Assembly: GCF_900111835.1 (NCBI RefSeq)
Contig: NZ_FOJP01000010.1
Span: 205,397 to 269,396, forward strand
Direction of reading: 5' to 3'
DNA: 64,000 bases
Source: Metapseudomonas otitidis
GTDB taxonomy: Bacteria; Pseudomonadota; Gammaproteobacteria; Pseudomonadales; Pseudomonadaceae
The translations under genes were made by a program, and so were the position numbers. Positions within the stretch are counted from its first letter, which is position 1. Each line of letters starts with the position of its first letter. The notes below the pieces were generated by a model. It ran no database searches. It saw only the letters and a list, made by a program, of their open reading frames with translations, and was not told the origin of the DNA. Shown one piece after another: positions 58,467-64,000 of the stretch.

Positions 58467-60854
58467 ATGCCGCAAACGCCACTCAAACTGCTGCTGGTCG
58501 AAGACAGCCCGCGGGACGCCGAACTGGCCCTGCTGATTCTGGAACGCAGCGGCCTCGAGGTCGACTCGACCCTGGTCTACCACCACGCCGGGGTCGAGCA
58601 GGCCCTGGCAGCCGCCACCTTCGACCTGATCCTCTGCGATTTCATCCTGCCCGGCTCGTCCGGCGCCCAGGCCCTGGAAGTGGCCCGGCGCCTGGCGCCG
58701 AAGACGCCCTTCATCTTCCTCTCCGGCGTGTTCGGCGAAGAACACGCGGTGGAGATGATGCGCCAGGGCGCCGTCGACTACGTGCTCAAGCAGAACCTCA
58801 GCCTGCTGCCCAAGGCCGTGGGCCGGGCCCTGGCCGAAGTGCGCGAGCGCGAGCGCCGGCGCCGCGCCGAAGAGGCGCTGATGGAGGTGGAGGTGCGTGC
58901 GCGCCTGGCCATCGACGCCGCGCGCATGGGCATGTGGGACTACAACCCGCAGACCGGCCGGCTGCTCTGGGACGAACGCTGCAAGGCCCTCTACGAACTG
59001 CCCCGGGACGCCGAGGTGGACCTGGTCACCTTCTTCGACCGCTGCCACCCCAAGGACCGCCCCCTGCTGGAGCGCAAGGTCCAGGAGGCGCTGGCCGTGG
59101 ACAGCGGCAACGAGTACCAGGCCGAGTACCGCGTGCAGCTGCCGGGCGGGCGCGAGCGCTGGGTGCTCACCAGTGGCCGGGCCTTCTTCGAGGCGGGGCG
59201 CTGCGTGCGCTTCATCGGCGTGCTGCAGGACATCAGCGAGCAGAAGTACGCCACCGAGGCCCTGCAGCGGCTCAACGAAATGCTCGGCGAGCGCGTCGAA
59301 CGGCGCACCCGCGAGCGCGACCGCACCTGGGAGCTCTCCCGCGAGCTGCTGGCGGTGATGCGCTTCGACATGACGCCCATCGCCCTCAACCCCGCCTGGG
59401 AAGACACCCTCGGCCTCACCCGCGAGCAGCTCACCCGGGTGCAGCTGTGGCAGCTGATCCACCCCGACGACATCGAGGCGACCCTGCGCGAGACCGAGAG
59501 CGTGGCCGACGGCAACGTCTCCACCCGCTTCGTCAACCGCATGCGCCACACCGACGGCGACTACCGCTGGCTGTCCTGGACCATCGTCCCCGACGAGGGG
59601 CTGATGTACGCCGCCGTGCGCGACATCACCGGCGAGCGCGCGGTGCTGGACGAACTGGCCACCACCAACCAGCGCCTGCGCGAGCAGATCCGCGAGCGTG
59701 AACGCATCGAGGCGACCCTGCAGCAGATGCAGCGCCTGGAAGCCATCGGCCAGCTCACCGCCGGGGTCGCCCACGACTTCAACAACCTGCTCACCGTCAT
59801 CCTCACCAGCGCCACCTTCCTCGAGCGCGACGTCGAGCGCGGCAACCACGAGCGCATCCTCGGCCGCCTGCACAACATCCGCGAGGCCGGCGAGCGCGGC
59901 GCCAAGCTCACCGGGCAGTTGCTGGCGTTCTCCCGCCGGCAGCGCCTGGAGCCGGTACCGGTCAACCTCAACGACACCCTGCAGGGCCTGCTGGAGCTGC
60001 TGCAGCGCACCCTCGGCGGCGGCATCTGGGTGGAAACTCACACCGCCCCCGACCTCTGGCGGGCGCTGGTGGACCCGACCCAGACCGAGATGATCATCCT
60101 CAACCTCGCCATCAACGCCCGCGACGCCATGCCCCAGGGCGGCACCCTGCGCCTGGTGACCGCCAACGAGGTGGTGCAGGCCGCCGCGCAGCGCCCCGAA
60201 GACCCGGAGCCGGGCCCCTATGTGGTGCTGAGCATCGAGGACACCGGCGTGGGCATGACCGAGGAGGTGCTGGCCAAGGCCTTCGAGCCGTTCTTCACCA
60301 CCAAGGAGGTGGGCAAGGGCTCCGGGCTCGGCCTGGCCCAGGTGTTCGGCTTCGCCAAGCAGTCCGGCGGCGGCGTCAGCATCCACACCGAGCCGGGGCG
60401 CGGCACGCGGGTCAAGGTCTACCTGCCGTGCATCCATGACGACCCTGGCGAGGCCTGCGCCGAGCGTCCGGCGGCCGTGCCGGTACCGGGGCCGAGCAGC
60501 ACCGCGCGGACCATCCTGCTGGTGGACGACGACCCCCGCGTGCGCGAGGTGACCGCCGCGCTGCTGGACTCGCTGGGCTACCGGGTGCTGGAGGTCGGCA
60601 GCGGCAGCGAAGCGTTGCAGCGCCTGGAACAGGGCGTCGACCTGCTGCTCACCGACTACGCCATGCCCGGCATGAACGGCGCCGAGCTGGCCAACCTGGC
60701 GCAGCAGCAGCGGCCCGATCTGCCCGTCATCTTCATCACCGGCTACGCCGAACTGGGCGGGCTGGACCTGCCCGACCAGGTGGTGGTGCAGAAACCCTTC
60801 CGTGAAGCGGACATCGCCGCCAAGCTGCGCGCCGCCCTGGAGGAGCGCCCATGA
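58467..60854 (+). CDS. hybrid sensor histidine kinase: N-terminal REC, PAS/PAC domains, HisKA, HATPase, C-terminal REC
   Basis: KLLLVEDSPRD...DFILPG receiver; H-box GVAHDFNNLLTVI; G-boxes; C-terminal receiver ILLVDDDPRVRE...DYAMPGMNG. Confidence 0.85.
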   Translation: MPQTPLKLLLVEDSPRDAELALLILERSGLEVDSTLVYHHAGVEQALAAATFDLILCDFILPGSSGAQALEVARRLAPKTPFIFLSGVFGEEHAVEMMRQGAVDYVLKQNLSLLPKAVGRALAEVRERERRRRAEEALMEVEVRARLAIDAARMGMWDYNPQTGRLLWDERCKALYELPRDAEVDLVTFFDRCHPKDRPLLERKVQEALAVDSGNEYQAEYRVQLPGGRERWVLTSGRAFFEAGRCVRFIGVLQDISEQKYATEALQRLNEMLGERVERRTRERDRTWELSRELLAVMRFDMTPIALNPAWEDTLGLTREQLTRVQLWQLIHPDDIEATLRETESVADGNVSTRFVNRMRHTDGDYRWLSWTIVPDEGLMYAAVRDITGERAVLDELATTNQRLREQIRERERIEATLQQMQRLEAIGQLTAGVAHDFNNLLTVILTSATFLERDVERGNHERILGRLHNIREAGERGAKLTGQLLAFSRRQRLEPVPVNLNDTLQGLLELLQRTLGGGIWVETHTAPDLWRALVDPTQTEMIILNLAINARDAMPQGGTLRLVTANEVVQAAAQRPEDPEPGPYVVLSIEDTGVGMTEEVLAKAFEPFFTTKEVGKGSGLGLAQVFGFAKQSGGGVSIHTEPGRGTRVKVYLPCIHDDPGEACAERPAAVPVPGPSSTARTILLVDDDPRVREVTAALLDSLGYRVLEVGSGSEALQRLEQGVDLLLTDYAMPGMNGAELANLAQQQRPDLPVIFITGYAELGGLDLPDQVVVQKPFREADIAAKLRAALEERP

Positions 60855-61438
60855 GGGTGCGCGAGCACCTGCGCCAGGCCGGCGCCCCGTGGCACGAGGC
60901 CGTGGACGCCGCCTTCTCCCGCTTCGACCTGAGCCAGGCGGACGGCTACCGCGCCTTCCTGCGCGCCCATGCCCGCGCCTTGCCGGGGCTGGAGCAGGCC
61001 CTGGAGCAGGCCGGCATCGCCGAGCTGGTGCCGGACTGGCCGGCACGTCGCCGCCGCCAGGCCCTGCTGGAGGACCTGGCCGATCTGGGGTTGTCGCCGC
61101 CACCGACAGCCGCGCCCTGCCTGGACGCCAAACCGGGCCTGCTCTGGGGCCTGGCCTACGTGCTGGAAGGCTCGCGCCTGGGCGGTCGCCTGCTGGCCCG
61201 ACAGGTCACCGGCGCCCAGGCTGACCTGCCCGTGCGCTACCTCGGCCACGGCCATGACCAACCCCTCTGGCCCGACTTCCTCCGCCAGTTGGAAGCCCAC
61301 GCCCACGACCTGCCCCAAGCCGACCTGGAACAGGGCGTGATCCTCGGCTTCCGCCACTTCCTGAACGCCGCCGAGCCCCCTGCCGAACAATCCGCAGGAT
61401 GCGCTGAGCTCGGCGAGCCGCATCGAATTCCCGCATGA
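60851..61438 (+). CDS. bphO: heme oxygenase (biliverdin-producing, BphO-like)
   Basis: YRAFLRAHARAL, LLEDLADLG and GLAYVLEGSRLGGRLLARQ match the heme-oxygenase proximal/distal helix pattern (YVxEGSxLGG); 4-bp overlap with the hybrid kinase. Confidence 0.7.
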   Translation: MRVREHLRQAGAPWHEAVDAAFSRFDLSQADGYRAFLRAHARALPGLEQALEQAGIAELVPDWPARRRRQALLEDLADLGLSPPPTAAPCLDAKPGLLWGLAYVLEGSRLGGRLLARQVTGAQADLPVRYLGHGHDQPLWPDFLRQLEAHAHDLPQADLEQGVILGFRHFLNAAEPPAEQSAGCAELGEPHRIPA

Positions 61439-61612
61439 GGCCGCCACGATGGGCTTCGCACAGCTCAGCCCATCCTACGTTTGTCGCCGTGCCCGGCCGG
61501 ACACTCCGTGCTTCACCGGTCCACCGCCTCGACGCACATCGGGCACCCGTAGGATGCGGTGAGCTCGGCGAACCGCATCAACCCGCGCCATTCCCCGCAG
61601 CCGTCTCCATAC

Positions 61613-62851
61613 CTACCCCTCACTACGCTCCGCCATGAGCCGGCGGTAATGGCGGGTGCGGTGGAGGGTGTGCCATTGCTCCTTGAGCAAGGCGCGCAGG
61701 GGGGAGACGCCGGGGCGGGGGGATTGGCCGTCGCCGAGGCGGCGCATCTGGTATTTCACGGCCGACATGTAGGCCAGCGCAGCGAGGGATTTGTTGCGCC
61801 AGCGGATGGGCGGCAGCTCGGCGCTGGCGGTGTTGTCGCCTTCACGCCAGCGGCGCGGCAGGGCCGGGTCCAGGGCCAGGGCGGTGGCGATGCCTGCCAG
61901 GCTCACGCCGCTGGCGAGCACCTGCTCCACCACCGGCAGCCGGCGGATGCCGCCGGTGACCATCACCGGCATGCGCGCTTCGGTGGCCAGTTCGCGGGCG
62001 AATTCCAGGAAGTACGCCTCCCGCGCGAGGGTGCGACCATCCCGGGCGTCGCCCTGCATGGCCGGTGCCTCGTAGCTGCCGCCGGAGAGTTCCACCAGGT
62101 CCACCTGCAGGTCGTTCAGCCACAGCAGCACCTGGCGGGCGTCTTGCGGCTCGAAGCCGCCGCGCTGGAAGTCCGCCGAGTTGAGCTTCACCCCCACGCC
62201 GAAGCGTGGGGATACCCGCGCCCGAACCGCCTTCACCACCTCCAGCAGCAGGCGCGCGCGGTTCTCCAGGGAACCGCCCCAGCGGTCCTGGCGGCGGTTG
62301 GTCAGCGGCGATAGGAACTGGCTGAGCAGGTAGCCGTGGGCGGCGTGGATCTGCACGCCGTCGAAGCCGGCCTGCTCGGCCAGCACGGCGCTGGTGGCGA
62401 AGCGCTCGATCAGGGCGGCGATGTCCTGTTCCTCCAGCGCACGCGGGGTGGGGAACATCCGCGACAGGCTGCCCATCTCCAGGGCCACCGCCGACGGGGC
62501 CACGGTCGCCTGGCCGAGGTTGGCCTGCATCTGCCGGCCGGGGTGGTTCAGTTGCAGCCAGAACTGCGCGCCATGGGCCTTGCCCACCGTTGCCCATTCG
62601 CGGAAGCGCGGCAGCTGGCGGTCATCCTCCAGCACCACGCCGCCGGGGCCGGTCATGGCGCGGGCGTCCACCATCACATTGCCGCTGAGCAGCAACCCCA
62701 CACCGCCTTCGGCCCAGGCCGCGTAGAGGCGCATCAGCGCATCGGACGGCGCCTGGCGGGGATCGGCGAGGTTCTCCTCCATGGAGGCCTTGGCGATGCG
62801 GTTGGGCAGGGTGGTGCCATTGGGCAGGCTGAGCGGCTGGAAGGGCGACAT
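61613..62851 (-). CDS. NADH:flavin oxidoreductase, Old Yellow Enzyme family
   Basis: TIM-barrel OYE motifs (GFDGVQIHAAHGYLLSQFLSP, LSGGSYE); start at the internal Met MSPFQPLSL. Confidence 0.85.
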   Translation of the reverse strand: MSPFQPLSLPNGTTLPNRIAKASMEENLADPRQAPSDALMRLYAAWAEGGVGLLLSGNVMVDARAMTGPGGVVLEDDRQLPRFREWATVGKAHGAQFWLQLNHPGRQMQANLGQATVAPSAVALEMGSLSRMFPTPRALEEQDIAALIERFATSAVLAEQAGFDGVQIHAAHGYLLSQFLSPLTNRRQDRWGGSLENRARLLLEVVKAVRARVSPRFGVGVKLNSADFQRGGFEPQDARQVLLWLNDLQVDLVELSGGSYEAPAMQGDARDGRTLAREAYFLEFARELATEARMPVMVTGGIRRLPVVEQVLASGVSLAGIATALALDPALPRRWREGDNTASAELPPIRWRNKSLAALAYMSAVKYQMRRLGDGQSPRPGVSPLRALLKEQWHTLHRTRHYRRLMAERSEG

Positions 62852-62951
62852 GGTGGGTGTCCTCGGGCGGGCATCGACGAAAGGTAGAAGAGCTGCGGCA
62901 GAGCCTAAGGTTAAAGTCAGCTTCAAGGTCAATAGGTGGAGAACCCCTGCC

Positions 62952-63377
62952 ATGAAAATCGGCGAACTGGCGCGACGCAGCGGCCTGACCGCCTCGCGCA
63001 TCCGCTTCTACGAGGCCAGCGGCCTGATCGCCGCCCAGCGCCTGGGCAATGGCTACCGGGACTACCCCGAGCAAGCCCTCGCGGTGCTGGAGCTGATCGC
63101 CTGCGGCCAGCAGGCCGGCTTCAGCCTGGAGGAGATGCGCCACCTGCTGCCCAGCCCCGGCCAGGTACACGGCAACCACGAGCGGATGCTGGAGGGCCTG
63201 CGGCGCAAGGTGGCGGAGATCGAGGCCATGCAGGCGCGCCTGGTGGTGGCCCGCGAGCGGCTCCTGCAGGTGATCGACAGCATCGAGCACAAGCCCGAGG
63301 GCATGGGCTGCGAGGAGAATGCCGAGCGCGTGCTGGGGCGCCTGCGCAGTGGCACACAGGCGCTGCCGCAGCGCTGA
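62952..63377 (+). CDS. MerR-family transcriptional regulator
   Basis: MKIGELARRSGLTASRIRFYEASGLI HTH; divergent from the OYE gene (classic MerR-target arrangement). Confidence 0.85.
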   Translation: MKIGELARRSGLTASRIRFYEASGLIAAQRLGNGYRDYPEQALAVLELIACGQQAGFSLEEMRHLLPSPGQVHGNHERMLEGLRRKVAEIEAMQARLVVARERLLQVIDSIEHKPEGMGCEENAERVLGRLRSGTQALPQR

Positions 63378-63491
63378 ATTGGCGTTTTTGCCGGGCCACT
63401 TCGCGGCGGCGCGGGACGTTTGCAGCGACACTGCGCGCGGTTCCGGGGCGCGCAGGGTTCGCCCATCGATCAGTCAGTGGAGGGCAGGGCA

Positions 63492-64000
63492 ATGAAAGAG
63501 TTGGCAGCGGTGTGTGCAGGGATGGCGTTATCCACAGGGGCGGCCTGGGCAGGCGCATTGCCCGATCCGCAGGCATCCGGCGCGGCGGCCAAGGCGCCGG
63601 CAGTGCTGGAGCACTACGCCGGCGCGCTGGGCTGCAGCTTCTCGATGCCGGTGAAGACGCTGGTGCCCTTCACCGTGGTGGAGCCCGCCACCCTGGAGGA
63701 ACACCCCCTGTACCTGGCGCTGTTCCAGGTGGACGAGGGCTGCGTGGGCGACGCGAGTGCAGTGCGCACCCACATCGCGGCGCTCCAGCCCGCCCGGAAC
63801 GGCGGCCTCTATGTGGTGCCGGGTTATTCCCAGACCTCGCCCTACCTGCCCCAGCGCATCGACCGCCTGTTCGTCGAGGGCGAGGCATTGCGCTACACCG
63901 GCCAGGCCAGCCTGGACCCGGCCAACCCCGAGCCGCAGGCCGGCCAGTTGAGCCAGGAAGGCGGCCGCTGGATCGACGCCAATCTGGAGCCCCTGGGCGA
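63492..64000 (+). CDS. hypothetical secreted protein, 3' end outside window
   Basis: ATG with signal peptide MKELAAVCAGMALSTGAAWA; open to the window end; genome-typical GC3 bias. Confidence 0.45.
   Translation, partial: MKELAAVCAGMALSTGAAWAGALPDPQASGAAAKAPAVLEHYAGALGCSFSMPVKTLVPFTVVEPATLEEHPLYLALFQVDEGCVGDASAVRTHIAALQPARNGGLYVVPGYSQTSPYLPQRIDRLFVEGEALRYTGQASLDPANPEPQAGQLSQEGGRWIDANLEPLG

Overview
This is a high-GC (roughly 65-67%) Pseudomonas-type chromosomal window, densely coding on both strands. As I recall it, the backbone is syntenic with the P. aeruginosa ffh...recJ interval (PA3746-PA3725): ffh-rpsP-rimM-trmD-rplS, then a Na+/H+ antiporter-xerD-dsbC-hom-thrC, then a PspA/NfeD/flotillin cluster, then recJ. 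Lineage-specific segments interrupt this backbone. A BvgS-like hybrid kinase, a thioesterase and an MshEN-domain protein sit at 11.9-17.3 kb. A lower-GC islet after thrC (24.2-28.7 kb) holds paralogous small proteins, a secreted protein, an orphan ECF sigma factor and a CoA-transferase. A GGDEF/TPR segment lies at 39.5-42.5 kb. An AraC/GyrI-regulated permease/CN-hydrolase/SBP/FAD-oxidoreductase cluster lies at 47.7-53.6 kb. A repeat-flanked orphan-gene islet lies at 53.6-55.5 kb. A bacteriophytochrome phosphorelay operon ending in a heme oxygenase lies at 55.7-61.4 kb. The most striking unit is a tightly packed seven-gene same-strand cluster (28.9-39.4 kb). It couples a DUF2170/PspA/NfeD-like/flotillin membrane-scaffold module to a 1747-aa P-loop ATPase and a PLD (HKD) nuclease, and a perfect 10-N8-10 palindrome sits upstream of its first gene. 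I found no rRNA, tRNA, CRISPR, transposase or integrase. Many long ORFs in the track are antisense shadows of real genes. Coordinates of CDS starts follow the ORF-track frames.
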